From: Scenedesmus sp. PABB004
Taxonomy: Eukaryota
Direction of reading: 5' to 3'
Length of the DNA stretch: 64,000 bases
Assembly: GCA_014905635.1 (NCBI GenBank)
Contig: CM026547.1
Span: 1,426,001 to 1,490,000 of the forward strand
Shown: positions 45,378 through 60,608 of the stretch, one piece after another
Position numbering within the stretch: the first letter of the stretch is position 1
How the letters are laid out: every line of letters begins with the position of its first letter
The notes under the pieces: generated by a model
Database searches by the model: none
Told to the model about the DNA's origin: nothing
What the model saw: only the letters and a program-made list of their open reading frames with translations
Program-made: the position numbers and the translations under genes

Positions 45378-48300
45378 TCACTGCCCGCCCCAGCCCGTGG
45401 CCAGGCCCTGCACGTCCGCGTCCTCCACGCCGTCGCCGCCGTCCAGCGCGGCGTCGCCGCCGCCAAAGAGGTCGTCGCCACCCAGGCCGCCCAGGCCGCC
45501 AAAGTCCTCCGCGCCCAGCTCCGCGGGCGCGCCCTGCTCCGCGGGGGCCGAGAACAGCGCGGCCGCCGCGGGCGCGCCGAGGCCCACCCCCGCGGCCGCG
45601 GCCTCCACCGCCGCCTGGTGGCTCGCGTACGCGGTCGCCGCGAGCTGGCGGAAGAGCTGGTGCGGCAGCAGCGGCGGCTCCTCCAGCAGCGCCTGCGAGG
45701 GGGCCGGCGCCGGCGTGAGCGGGCGCGCCGCGCCCTCTGCGCCCTCTTCGCGCCGCCGCCGCCGCCGCAGGCGCGCGCGCGGGCCGCACCTGCTGCAGGA
45801 ACGGGCTGCCGTCGGTGAGGTCGGGGCAGGGCTGCACGCCCATGACCACGAGCTCGCCGCTGTCGACGTTCACAAAGCCCTCAACCGCCGCGGCGCTGCG
45901 CAGGCCCAGGCCGTCGGCGAGCGCGACGGCAAAGCCCTGCACCGCCTCGACCGCAGACGGCGGGACGATGTGCGCCGGCGGCGGCGTGAGCTGGTGGCGC
46001 GCGCCGTTGGGGCTGCGCGCGACCATGGTGGGCGTGAGCGCCGACATGGACCCCTGCGGCGCGGCGTGGAGGCGGCGGCGGCGGGCGCTCGGCGCGAGAC
46101 CGGCGGGCGCGGCGGCGCCCGGCGAGCGCCGCGCGTCGCAGCCGGCCGGGGCCCGCGGCCGCGGGCGCTCACCAGCTCGCCGAGCAGGCCCACGCACACC
46201 TCCACCCATCGGCTCGCGCCCGCCCACTCCACGTCGTCGCCGCGCAGCACCACGGGGTCGGTCGCGACCCACGGCTCCGCCACGAGCAGCTCCGGCGTCG
46301 TCAGCGGCAGCGTGACCGGCAGCGGCTGGTCGCTCAGCGTGCCCGCGGGCAGGCGCGGCGCGCCGTCGGCGAGCGCCTGCGTGAAGGCCGCCAGGTCCGC
46401 CGCCGCGCACAGGCGCACGACGCCCAGGCCGCCGGCGGAGGTCGGCGGCTTGAGCACCACCGACGTGCAGTCCCACTCGTGCAGCAGCGCGCCAAAGGCA
46501 TCGGCGAAACGCTGCGCGCGCGCGGGCGCGGCGGGTGGGCAGTGAGTCAGCCGCGGGCGGCCGGCTCCGCCCGCTGGCGCGGGCCCCCTCCTCCGCGCGC
46601 GCCTCCGCCCAGGGAGCCGGCGGCGCCACGCGGCAAGCACCGGGGACCCCCACCTGCGGGCGCTGCAAGAATGTCAGCAGCTCGCTGGTCTTGAAGACCT
46701 TGCGGGGCACCGCCACCAGGCCCACGGCGCCGCCGTCGCCGCCGTCGCCCGCCTGCTGCTCCGCGAGGCTGTCGGCGATCTCGTCGACCGCCTGCGGCCG
46801 GCGGCGGGGCGCGGGCCCGGCGCGTGGGCGCGGCGCGCAAGCGCGCCGCAGCCAGCGCGCGCGGGCCGCGCCTTCGAGAGCGCGAGGCGGTTGGCGGCCC
46901 TGGCGGCAAAGTCTGCCGTCATGCCCGTGTGCGGCACGCCCCACTCCTCGAGCAGCTGCTGCAGCTGCCCGCTCGCGGCCGTGCTGTCGTCGAGCGCGAG
47001 GAGCAGCACCGCGCCCGCGCCGCGCGCCTCGCCCAGCAGCTCCTCCAGGTCCAGCACGCGGCAGGGCGGCTGCAGCGCGTCGGGGCCGCTCCCCCACGCG
47101 CCGCCCACGCCCTGCGGCGGTGCGCGGGCGGCACACCGGCGTCGGCGGCGGCGGCGGTGCGGCGGTGCGCGGGCAATCCACGAGCGCGGCCAGCGCGCGC
47201 GGCCAGCGCCGCACCTGCACGTAGTATGCGTTGAGCTCCATCTGCGCCGCAAACAGGGCGTCCTGCGCCTGCCGCGCCGCCACGGGCGCGGCGGCGTAGC
47301 TCACGCGCGCGCGCGCCGCGCCGCGCTCGGTGCTCTCCAGCGCCTCCTCCACGCTGTGCCGCGCGAGCGCCTGCGGGCCGGCGACCACGAGCTGGCGGCG
47401 CAGCGGCGGCAGCTCCGTCGGCGGCATCTCCCTGCGGCGCGGGCGCAGGCGCGGCGGCGCGTCGGGCGCGCGCGCGCGTGCGGGGCGCCACCGCGGCGGG
47501 CGCGGGGCCGGCGCGCGTGCAGGGCCCGCGCCGCCGCGCGCGGGGCACGCACGCGAGCGCGTCGTCTGCCATGCTGTCCGGCCACACGCCCTCGGGGATG
47601 CCCAGCGCCTGCCACTCGGTGCGGCGCGCGAGGAGCTCCGCGCGGCGCGCGGCCTCGTCGACCCCCGCGCCCGCGGGGGGCAGCAGGAACACGTCCACCT
47701 GCGGCGCGCGGCGCGGCCGCTCGGCGCGCGGCGCGGCGCGGGGCGCGGGGCGGCGCGCGGCGCGGGGCGGCGCGGGGCGCCGCGCCGTGCCTGCAGGTCG
47801 GCGCAGCGCGCCAGCTTGGCGGCGATGTTGGCGCCCGAGCGGAACGCCGCCTGGCGGCCCTGGCCGTCGCCGCCGGTGACGACCCACACGCGCGGCGCGG
47901 GCCGCCGCGACGCCGCTGCGTCGAGCACCTCGCGCTCCTCCGGCCAGGGCCAGCTGCCCAGGCTCGCCGCAAGCGCCGCCACGTCGCCGGGCGCGGCCGC
48001 CGCGAGCGGCGCGGCCTTCGACGGCCGCCCCGCGCGCGGCGGCTCGCCGTCGCCGCCGCGCGCCGCGGCCGCCGCCGCTGCGGCGGCCGCGCCGTCGCCG
48101 GCGCCCTTGGCCTTGCGCGCGAGCGCCTCGCGCACGCCGCCCGCGTAGCGGTCGTGGCCGAGCAGGCGGCCGGTGAGAATGTCGTCCTCGCTCACGTCCG
48201 GCAGGCGGTCCTCGGGCGCGTACGCGCGCTCGCGCAGCGCCGCGGCCGCGGCCTCCGCGTCGGCGTCAAGCTGCGCCTGCAGCTCCCGCACGCTCGGCAC

Positions 48301-51300
48301 GGGGCGGCCCTCCGCCGCGGCCGCCGCCGCCGCGATCGCGGGCGGGACCCAGTCCTCGCCCGAGTCAAACCTGCGGCGGCGGTGCGGCGGCGGGTGTGCC
48401 GCGGCCTCCTCGCGCAGCGCGCGGCAGGCCCCGCCGCTCCGCCGCCCTGCCGCCGCTGCCGCGGCCCTCTCCCCGGGGCCCTGCCCGCTGGCGCGCGCCT
48501 GTTGTAGCGGATCGGCTGCGCCGCAATGTAGGTCAGGCCCTCGTCCCGCAGCGCGCGCGCAGCGAGGTCCTCCTCCGCCCGCCCCGCGTCGCGCTCCGCG
48601 TGCACCTCGGCCTGGCTGCGCCCGTCAAACTGCGCGCGCGGCGGCGGCGGCGGCGGGGTCAAGAGTGCAGCCGCGCGGCGGCGAGGGAGCAGCGCGGGGT
48701 GGGCGGCGCGGGCGCGGGGCGGGACGCAGGGGGCGGCGCCACGCCGAGCCGGCGCCGCGGGGGCGCACCTCGGGCTCCCAGTCCTCGGGCTCCTCCGCCG
48801 GCGTGGCGAGGTCTTCGGGCGTGATCCACGCCGTGCTCAGACCCGTGAGCACGTCCGACACGGCCTCGTCAAGCGGCAGCGCCGCAAACGCGCGCCGTGC
48901 CTCCGCGGCGGCGGCCTGCGGGGCGCGCCGGCGTGAGGAGTCGTGCCGGCACGGCGCGGCACGCGCAGGCGAGGCGCGCCCGCAGCCCGCCGCGCCCGCG
49001 CAGCGCGCCCGCGCGCGCTCGCGGTGCGCACCAGCTCCTCTGCGTGGTCCTCCTCGTCCCGCGCCGCCTGCGCCGCGTCGGCCATCTGTTCGGCGATGTC
49101 GGCCAGGCCGTCGTTGCAGCCGGTCGCCTGCGCCCACTGCGCGCTCGCGCCCGTCTCGGGCGGCGGTGGCGGCGGCAGTGAGAGCTCGCTGCCCGCGCGC
49201 GCGAGCGCGAGGTTGACCAGGTGCCGCGCAACGGCGCCCGGGGTGAGCCCGACCTCCAGCGCCTGGGCGGGCGGCGGCGGGGGCGCGGTGGTGAGTGAGC
49301 GTGCGCCGCGCCGCGCGCACAGCCGCGGCGCGGCGGCGGCGGCGGGCGCGTATGGCCCGCGCCGGCGCGGCGGCGGCGCCGGCGCGCCTGCAGGCCCGCG
49401 AGGCTGGTCGCGTGCAGCGGCACGCCCGCCTCGACGCGCGAGATCAGCACGTCGGCCTCGCCGTTGCCCTCGGCGCTGCAGCGCGTGGTGGGGTTGAAGC
49501 GGCCCAGGTCGGGCATGTGCGCCAGCTCGTCATAATACTCCGCCAGCGGCGCCGGCTCGCCAGCCCGCGCCGCCGCTTCGTCGGCGGCCATGCGCGCCAG
49601 CTGGCCTGCGGCCGGGCGCGCGCGCACGGGGCGGCCGTCGGCGGCGGCGCGCGGGCCCCCTCGCCCGCGCAGCGCGGCGCGGCGCCGCACGCCGCGCCGC
49701 GCCGGGGCTGGGCGCGCGGGCGGCGGCGGCGGCGCACCTGCATCAAAGTCAGGCATCTTCAGCAGTGCCTCCGGCGGCAGCGTGTAGCGGCCCTGCCAGT
49801 CCGGGCGCAGCGCCAGCCAGCCGCCGACGCGCACGAGGCCCGCGGCCTCGAGGCCCAGCTGGCCGACCGCCTTGGCGGCGGCGTGCCGGATCGTGGCCAC
49901 GACCTTGGCGCTGCAGCGCGGCGGCACGTGCATGCGCAGGGCGTACCGCGGGAGCGGGTCGGGCAGGCCCGGCAGGCCGACCGCGTCGGCGAGCGGCGGC
50001 GGCGCGCTCGCGGCGAGCTCGTCGAGCGCGGCGGTGATGTCCGCCTCCTCCACGCCCGCCTGCAGCATGCGCCACTCCGCCAGCGCGAGCTCCGCGTCCT
50101 GCAGCTCCTGCAGCACGCTCGACACCTCGACCTCGGCCGGCGCGAGCGCGACGGGCCCGTCCTCGGGGCTCGCCAGCACCGTGACCTCCCAGCGCGCCAG
50201 CTTGCGGTACAGGGGCTCCAGGAGCACGCCGCCGAGCGCGGGGTCTGCGGGGACGCGGCGCGGGCGCGGCGCGGCGGCGGGGGGCTCGAGGCGGCTCGGC
50301 CGGCGGGCGGGCCGGCGGCCGTGCTCGGCGGCGGGCGCCGCCGCGCTGCGCCGGGCTCGCGCACCCGCGTCCAGCGCGGCGACAGCCGCCCCCAGGGCGC
50401 CGGCAAAGCCGCGCGCGGCGGCCAGCGGCTCGCCGGCGGCGTCGCTGCTGGCGCTGAAGAGCTGCAGGGCGGGGTCGATGCCCTCGGCGCCGCACCACGC
50501 CGCCGCGCGCTGCGCCAGCGCCGGCAGTGGCGCGTCGTCGGCCGGAGCTGCCGCGCCCTCCTCGCCACCGTCGCCGCCCTCCTCGCCCGCGTCGTCCGAA
50601 GCGGCCGCGCCGCCCTGCGCCCACTCGCGCAGCAGCGCGCTGCCACCGGGCTGCTCGGGCGCCTCCGGCTCGGCCGCCGCCTCGGCGGAGTCGGCGGCAC
50701 CGGGCGCGAGCCGCGCTCTCTGCTGCTCCTCCAGCCAGGCGCGCAGCTCCGCGCCGCCCGCGTCGACGTCCGCGCGCGTGACGTGCAGCGCCGGCAGTGT
50801 CAGGTAGCCCAGCGCGCGCAGCTCGCCCAGCACCGCCGCGCGGCCCGCCAGCAGCGGCGCGCGGCCGCCCGCGAGCGCCGCGCCGCGGCTGTCGGGCATG
50901 GGCGTGCCGGCCAGCGGCACGCCCGCGTCCGCGCACGCGTCCGCGAGGCGCCCGCCCAGCGCCAGCCCGCCGCCGGGCAGCAGCGGCAGCGCCGCCGCCA
51001 CGCCCGCGCCGGCGAGGTGGGCCGCAAGCGCGCGCGCGTCGGCAAAGCTCGCCGTCGCCAGCGCCGGCAGCCGCGCGGCGAGGTCGGCGGGCGTGAGGCC
51101 GGGCAGCGCGCCGCGCGGCAGCGCGTGGAACGCGCCGTCCTCGTCCGCCCAGTACACCTCGACCACCACGCCGCACGCCGGCACGGGCGGGCCCGGCCGG
51201 CCCGCCGCGGCCGCCGCGGCCGCCTGGGCGGCGTCGAGCGGCGCTGTGTGCAGCTCGTCGACGAGCGCGTTTGCGGTCGCCAGCGCCTCGGCCACGCCCG

Positions 51301-53843
51301 CAAGCCGCGCGCGCAGGCCCGCGCCCGCGGGCGGCGCGCCGCACAGCAGCGCGACCGTCGCGGCGGGGTCGACCGCCGCGGTCAGCAGCTCGTCGTACGG
51401 CTCCAGCAGCGGGCTGCCTGCCGCGGCGTCGCTCTCCTGCGCGCGGGCGCGCAGCGGCGACGGCGGCGGCGGCGCTCGGGCCGGCGGCGGCGGCGAGCCG
51501 CGCGCTGCGCGCGCCAGCACGCGCGCGCGCGCGTCCGAGGCCCGCGACCGGCGCACCTCCTCGGCGGCCGCCGCGCCGAGCGCGGAGCCCAGCGCGCCCG
51601 CGGCCTCGGGGCCGACGATCTCCACAACGAGCGCCTGCGCGAGCCGCATCTCCAGCGACGCCTTGCTGCCGCCGAGGTCGAGCCCGCGCCGCTCCAGCTC
51701 TGAGCGCAGCTCGCTCAGCGTCATCTGCGGCGGCGGCGGGGCTCAGCTCAGCTACGCTCAGCTCGGGTCAGCGCTCGCCTCAGCTCAGAGCTCGGCGCGG
51801 CGCGGCGTGGTGTCGCTGGCCCGAGCCCCTGCCCCCGCACCTGGGCGAGCTGTCGCAGCAGGTAGTCCATGTCGCCCGCCGTCGCAGCGCGGCGCACGGC
51901 GAGCATGGTCATCAGCCGGTCGCGCAGCACGTAGCGCCCGCCCTCGTCGCTGAGGCCGAGCTGGCGCAGGTAGCTGCGCAGGTCGTCGACCTGCGGGCCG
52001 CGCGCGCGGGCGCGCGTGGTGAGGCCGGGTGGGGCCGGCCGCCGCCGGCCTGCCGGCCGGGCGCCGCGCCGCCCGGCGCTCTCTGCGCGCCGCCAGCGGT
52101 GCTCGCTCGCTGCGCGGGGGTGTCACCTTCATCTTGTTCACGTCGGTGGCCGACAGGCCGTCCAGGATGCTGCTGGGCGACGCGGCGAGCGCGTCGCCGC
52201 CGCCCGCCGCCGCCGCCTTGCCGGCCTGCTGCTCCATGAGCAGCACCTCCTCCTCCGCCAGCAGCCAGCTCGCGCGCTCGGCGAGCTCCTCCTGCGGGGC
52301 GGGCCGCGCGGCGGGCGCGTCAGCGGGCCGCCCGCCCGCGCCGCGGCAATCGCGGCCGCCGCGGCTGCGGTCGGCGCGCGGCGCCCCCGCGCGCGGGCGC
52401 CGCACCAGGCTCTCCCCCTCTGCGGCGGTCTGGCCCATCTCCAGCAGGATCTCCAGCAGCTCCTCCCGCTTGACGCCCATCGCCATCAGCTCATCCAGCA
52501 GCGCCTGCTGCTTGTCGGCGATCAGCCACTCGCGCTCGCCCGAGGCGTCGCCGCCGCCGAGCGGCTGGCCCCCGGCGGCGGCGCCGCGGCAGGCGGCTCC
52601 TGCTCCTGCTCCTGCTCCTGCTCCGGCTCCAGCTCCTGCTTCGGCGACAGCGCCGCCGCGGCTGGCTGCTCCTGCAGCACGTCCGCCGCCTGCTGCGCTG
52701 CCGGCCCGCCCCGGCCGGCCAGCTCCCTAGGGGCGCGGAGACGCGCGGGCGGCATGGCGAGCGGCGTGAGGGGGACGGGGGAAAGCGGGGGCCTGCCAGC
52801 GCGCGCAGCGCGCCACTCGGCGAGCACGACTCACTCCTCGGCCACCGCCACCGCGAGGCGCTGCACCAGCGCCGCCTTGGCGCCCGTGGTCGGCAGGCCG
52901 CGGTCCTCCAGGCACTTTACGAGCTCCGGCTTGGAGACCGACTGCAGCTCGGCCGTCAGCTCCGACACCAGCTCGTCCAGGCTCACGCCCGCCAGCTCTG
53001 CGTCGCCGCCGCCGCCCGCCGCGTCGTCGTCACCGCCGCCCGCGCCGGCGGCGGCGAGCCGCTCCGCCAGGTCTGCCTTCTTGCCGTTTGTGGGCAGGCC
53101 CAGCTCCTCACAACGCGCGCGCAGCTCCGCGAGGGTGAGCTTGGCCAGCGCCCCCGGGCTGCCGGGGCCGGTCGGCTGCTCCGTGCTCTTGCGCCGGCCG
53201 GCCGCCGCGCGCACGGCGCAGCGCTGGCCGCCGGCGCCGAGCCGCGGCGGCGCCACCTGGTGCTGCTGCGGCTGCAGCGCCGGCGCCGGCGCCTGCTGCG
53301 CTGTGGGCCAGGCGCCATGGCGGGCGGCGGCCGCCGGCGGCAGCGGCTCCCTGCTGGCGCCCGGCAGGCGGCCGCCGCGTGCGTGCCTGCGGCGGCGGGC
53401 GGCGGCGGCGGCGGCGGCGGCGGCGGGCAGCGGTTGGGCGCCGGGCGCGGCCGCCGGCCGCGTGAGCTGGTGCGTCGGGCGCCCACACGCGCCACGCCGC
53501 AGCGGCGCCGGCACCGGCGCGGCGGCGGCGGCGCGCGGCAGCGGCGCCGCCGCAGCCGCCGCGCGGCCGCTGGCGCGGCGCCGCTGCCACCGCGCGGGCT
53601 GTGCCGGCGCCCAGGGCTGCCGCTCAGTGCGGGGGGCCTCCCCAGCGCCCCAGCCCGATTGATCAGGCGCCCCAGCGCGCGCGGGACGGCGGTGATGCCG
53701 CCGACCGCTGCTGCCGGGCGCGGCCCGCACCTGGGCGCGGTCAGGCCCCGGCTCCGGCAGCCGAGCGCGAGCTTCCGCACACCGTGCGCGCGCTGGGGCG
53801 CCCAGGGCGCGCCCAGGCACCCGGTCGGCGCCGCGAGACGCAT
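45378..53843 (-). CDS. Multi-SAP-domain + tandem degenerate D-Ala-D-Ala-ligase-like (ATP-grasp) protein, probable plastid transit peptide
   Basis: Four SAP motifs (e.g. LTLAELRARCEELGLPTNGKKADLAERL); plant-DDL-like segments VALLCG..VYWADEDGAFHAL..TPADL, VWVVTGGDGQGRQAAFRSGANI, VVLKPPTSAGGLGVVRL, WVEVCVGLLG, FVNVDSGELVV; exon phases join where checked; start codon inferred. Confidence 0.75.
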
Positions 53844-54289
53844 GGGTGCGGCGTGCTTCAGGCCATGGAGGTGCGCGACGTGCGTGCCGTGCGGTCTGTG
53901 GCGTTCCCCGGGCGCGCCGGCGCGGCGAGCGTGCGCCAGCTCGAGTTTTTGTCTTCTGCTGCTTCCCGGGCTCCCTGCGCGCTGCCGCGCACAGACCGCC
54001 GCCGCCCACGCACAGGCAGCTGGCCAGCGAGCCGGTGCTCCCGGCGAGAGCTGCTGCTGCTCCCGCGGCCAGCCCTCCTCTCGGCGCCCCCACGCGCGTC
54101 CCCGCCCGGGCCGCGCCCGCCCAGGGGCATCGGGCCGGCGATCGAGCGCCGCCCGGCGCAGCGGGACAGCAGCCAGGCGCCAGGCGCCGCCCGCGCCCGG
54201 CGGTTGCGCCGCGCGCCGCTGCTGCTGTCGGCGCCGATCGCACGCCGCGGCCGCCCGGCAGCGCCCACCGGACGCCGCGGGCGGCAGCC

Positions 54290-55474
54290 ATGCTGGCGGC
54301 CGCCGGCGCGCGGCGCGCGCTGCTCGCCGCGCTTGCCGGGGCGGCGGTTGGCCCGCAGCGCCCGCGGCGGCGGCGCTGCTGCTGCCCGCGCTGCGCGGGG
54401 AGCGGTGCCTGGGCGGCCAGCCGCCGCCGTCCGGCGGCGACGCGGGCGAGGGCTCGACGACGTGGCACTGGATGGTGAGCCAGGGGCACAAGGTCAACCC
54501 CTGCAACAGCATGCTCCACCCGGCGGTCAAGGAGGCGGGCATCATGCCCGAGGGCACCGAGGAGATCGCGGTGCAGGTCGCCTACACGCCCAAGTCGCAG
54601 TGCTTCGGCTGCGGTGAGACCCCGCCCGCCCGCCCGCCCGCCCGCCTGCGCAACGCGCGGCGCGGCGCGGTCGCAGACCCTGGCGCCGACGGCGCCGCCG
54701 CCGCTCCCCCCCCCCCCCCTCCCTCCGCGCAGGCCCGGCGCACCCCGACGGGCTGCACCTGCGCAGCATGCGCATAGACAGCGGCCTCGAGGCGCGCATC
54801 AGCCTGCCCGCAAAGTACTGCGCCTTCCCAGGTGCGCGGCGCACGCGGGGCGGCGCGAGGCGGGCGCTGCCAGCGGCGGCGGCACGCGAAGCGGGCTGGC
54901 AGCGCCCGCTGCCAGCGGCGGCGGCGGCGGCGGCACGCGAAGCGGGCGCTGCCAGCGGCGGCGGCGGCGGCGCCACGCGGGGCGGGCGCCGATGCGGCGC
55001 GGCCACCCGCAGGCATCCTGAACGGCGGCATCCTCAGCACGCTGCTCGACTGCCACGGCAACTGGACGGCCGCGATCGCGCTCATGGACCGCAGCTGCCT
55101 GCCCAAGCCGCCGCTCACGCTCACGGCGTCCATGCTGGTGCGCGGCGCGCCAGTGGCGCGCCGGCCCGCCGCCTGCCGCGCCGCCGCCCTCTCGCGTGTG
55201 TGGGTGCGCCCGCCGAACGTGCCCCGCCCCCTCGCCCCCTCGCCCGCGCCGCCCCGCGCGGCCGCAGGTGTCGTACAAGGAGCCCACGCCGCCTGACACG
55301 GAGCTCATCGTGCGCTCCCACGTCGTCGCGGTGCGTGAGGGCCAGACGGGCCTGGGCAAGGCGGCCGTGGAGGTCGACGTCGCGCTGCTGCTGCCGCAGC
55401 CCGGCGGCGGCGAGAAGCTGCTGGTGCAGGGCACGGGCATCTTCAAGCGCCTCGGCGCGCTGCGCGCGCTGTGA
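54290..55474 (+). CDS. Hotdog-fold (PaaI/THEM4-like) thioesterase, organelle-targeted
   Basis: SQCFGCG, YCAFPGILNGGILSTLLDCHGNWTA, LTLTASMLVSYKEPTP. Confidence 0.85.
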
Positions 55475-56028
55475 CGCCGGCCGGCGCCGGCGGGGCGGCG
55501 GCAGCGAGCGAGAGGGGCGCGCGCGGGGCGGCCGGGAGCGGGAGAGGCGCGCGCGGCGCCGTGTTGTGTTGTGCGTGGTGGATTTGGGTTGGTGTGACGC
55601 GCTCGGGTCGGTGTGACGCGCCGCCAGGCGGGGCGCGGAGCTTGATCGCTGCGGCTTCCCAGGGCCGGCGAGGCGACGTCAGCGGCCGACGTCGGCGGGA
55701 GAGCGGGGCGTTGTGTGGTGCTTGCTGCCCGCCTCGTGCAGTGAGCGCACGAGCTGTGACGGCACAGACGCGGCGCCCTGGCCGTCGACGCCCTCGCTCG
55801 CTCGTCACCGCAGACAGGCCAGTCCTGCAGTTCGCTCCCAGCCGCGAGTCGCCCCCCGCCGCCCAGGGCGCGGCTGCGCCTGGTCCGCCCGCCCGCTGCC
55901 CGCCTGCCAAGTGCCCGCTCGCTGCATCGGCCGGGGCCCCGCGCCGCGCGCAGTGCGCGCGCCCCGTCGGTCCCGCGTCCGGCCGCCGCACGCGCTGGCT
56001 CACGCCCGCGCGCGCCCGCTCCCGCCGC

Positions 56029-58438
<2,410 letters not shown>

Positions 58439-58779
58439 CGCGGAGGGTTGTCGGGGCGGGTGGGCAGCAGCAGACGCACGGCGTGCGCGGGGAGGCGCTG
58501 CGTGGCGAGCGCGGCGCGGCGCGGTGTGCAGGAGACTGATCACCGCGTGCAGGCGGTCAGGGTGCTGGAGCTGGAGCCGTCAGGGCGCTGCGCCCTGAAC
58601 CGATGGAATGTCATACGGCAACGCGCCGCTCTTGCGCCACGCGACACACGCACTGCGCCTGGCAGCTCTCCCGGTCCTCGCGTCGCGGCCCCGCTGGCCC
58701 TGCTGCTGCTGCCCAGCCAGCCGCTGCTGCTGCTGCTGCTGCCCCGGCGCCCCTCGCCCCGCTCGCGCCGCGGCCGGCC

Positions 58780-59948
58780 ATGCAGTACCAGCCGGCCCCA
58801 CCGTCGGGGCAGCGCATGGCGTACGGCGCCGCCCCGCGCCCCGAGCAGGCGGCACGGGCGGAGCTCATGGCCGGTGCGCAGCCCCGCGGCCAGCCAGGCG
58901 CGCCCGGGCGCGACCTGGGCGCCCTGGACAACCGGCAGCTCATGGACCACGCCGTGGAGACGCACAAGGAGACAACCGCCACCAGCCGGCGCGCGCTGCA
59001 GGTGCGCGCAGCGCCGGCACGCCGCCCGCCGCTGCGGCACCTGCCGCCGCGCCGCGCGCCCACGCGCCCCCTGCCGCGCGCCCGCCCAGATCGTGGAGCA
59101 GACCAAGGAGATCCAGGCCACCACGCAGGTGGCGCTGCGGGAGCAGGGGCAGCAGATGCATCGCATCGAGTCGGACATGGCCCGGGTGCGCGCCCGCGCC
59201 GCCGCCGCGCCGCGCCGCCAGCCGGCGCAGCTGCCGCGCCGCCGGCCGGCGCAGCTGCCGCGCCGCGCGCGGCGCCCCCACCCGGCCGCCGCCGGGCGCC
59301 GCGCCGCGCCGCAGATTGAGGACGACCTGAGCTACTCGGAGCGCATCCTCCGCTTCATGCGCCTCTGCTGCTGCTTCGGCTTCTTCTGCAGCTGCTGCAC
59401 CGAGCCGGGGCCGCCCAAGCCCAAGTCGCGGCCGTCGATGCGCGGCCCCGGGTGCGCCGCCGGCGCCGCGCGGGCGAGGCGGCGCGCGCGGCGGCGCGGG
59501 GCGGCCGTCGGCGCCGCGCCGGAGCCGCCCCGACCGCGTCCCGCCGCCGCCGGCGCCGCGTGCGCGCAGGCCGGAGCTCGCGCACTGCGACAGCCAGGCG
59601 GCGGCCGGCCGGCAGCAGCTGTCCGCGGCGGCGCAGCGCGCCGGCGCGGCGGGCGGCGGCCCGCAGCCGGGCGGCGGCGGCGCGGGCGCGTACCCGGGCG
59701 TCAGCACGCGCGGGCTGGAGGCGGCCGGGTTTGGCGAGCAGGCGGCGACGATCGACGGCGAGACGGCCAAGCAGGACCGCTACCTCGACGAGATCAGCCG
59801 CGGGCTGGACCAGATCAAGCTGGGCGCGCAGCAGATGGGCAGCGAGCTGCGCGCGCAGGGCGCGCACGCGGAGAGCATCCGCGCCGACGCCGACGCGCTG
59901 CAGGGCAAGCTGAGCACCGTGAACCGCGAGGGCTTCCGCAGGATCTGA
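58780..59948 (+). CDS. SNAP25-family Qbc-SNARE
   Basis: Two coiled-coil SNARE motifs (LREQGQQM; QDRYLDEIS..LRAQG) with a Cys cluster LCCCFGFFCSCC in the linker; TGTAA at 59959-59963. Confidence 0.85.
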
Positions 59949-60439
59949 GGCGGTTGCGTGTAACCCGCGCCAGCCGCCGCAGTGTAACGAAGCCGCGCGT
60001 CAGTCCTCTGCCCACACGTGCACATGTGTGCATGCGTTCTGCAAACTGAAACTCAGAGCTTTCACGCAGCCTCGACGCGAGCCCTCGTCCCTGACCGACA
60101 GAGCCCGTCACCCTCTCTGGTGAGACAGACAGAGCACGTGTGCACAACCGTTCGTTGCAGTCTCACGTCTTCCTTCCTTTCCTGTTTATGCACTTGGACC
60201 CTCAACGACGGGGTCAGCAGCACAGCGCCGCTGCGCAGAGGTCGACAGCGCCCGGACCGAGGGGCGGCGGCCGCGCATGCTAAGCAACGGCATGCGGGCA
60301 AACCGCTCAATCCTGATCCAGACCAGGCAGGGGGCTGAAAGACAGCACACAGCGTTTCGCGCACAGCCGGCGCGCCACCACCGCACATCGCGCGGCGTGG
60401 CGCGGCATTCAACTGGCGCACAGCGGGGTTCTCCGCTGC

Positions 60440-60500
60440 CCAAAGCCCCAGTCCTCCTGAGCCCCGAGTCCTCCTGAGCCCCGAGCCCCAAAGCCCCCTT
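60440..60500. repeat. Short tandem repeat (GCCCCGAGTCCTCCTGA)-like
   Basis: Two 17-bp copies plus partial GCCCC units. Confidence 0.6.
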
Positions 60501-60608
60501 GCCGTCTCAAACCGCCCCAAGTGCCCAAGCCCGCGCGCATCGGTCCGGTCGACGCGCGCGCACGTTGGTTCGCCCACTTGTGCCACCCCGGCCCGCAGCG
60601 CGGGCATG

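Noticed and set aside
51740..51795. GCTCA pentamer repeats
   Set aside because: Short degenerate intronic microsatellite with no evidence of a distinct function
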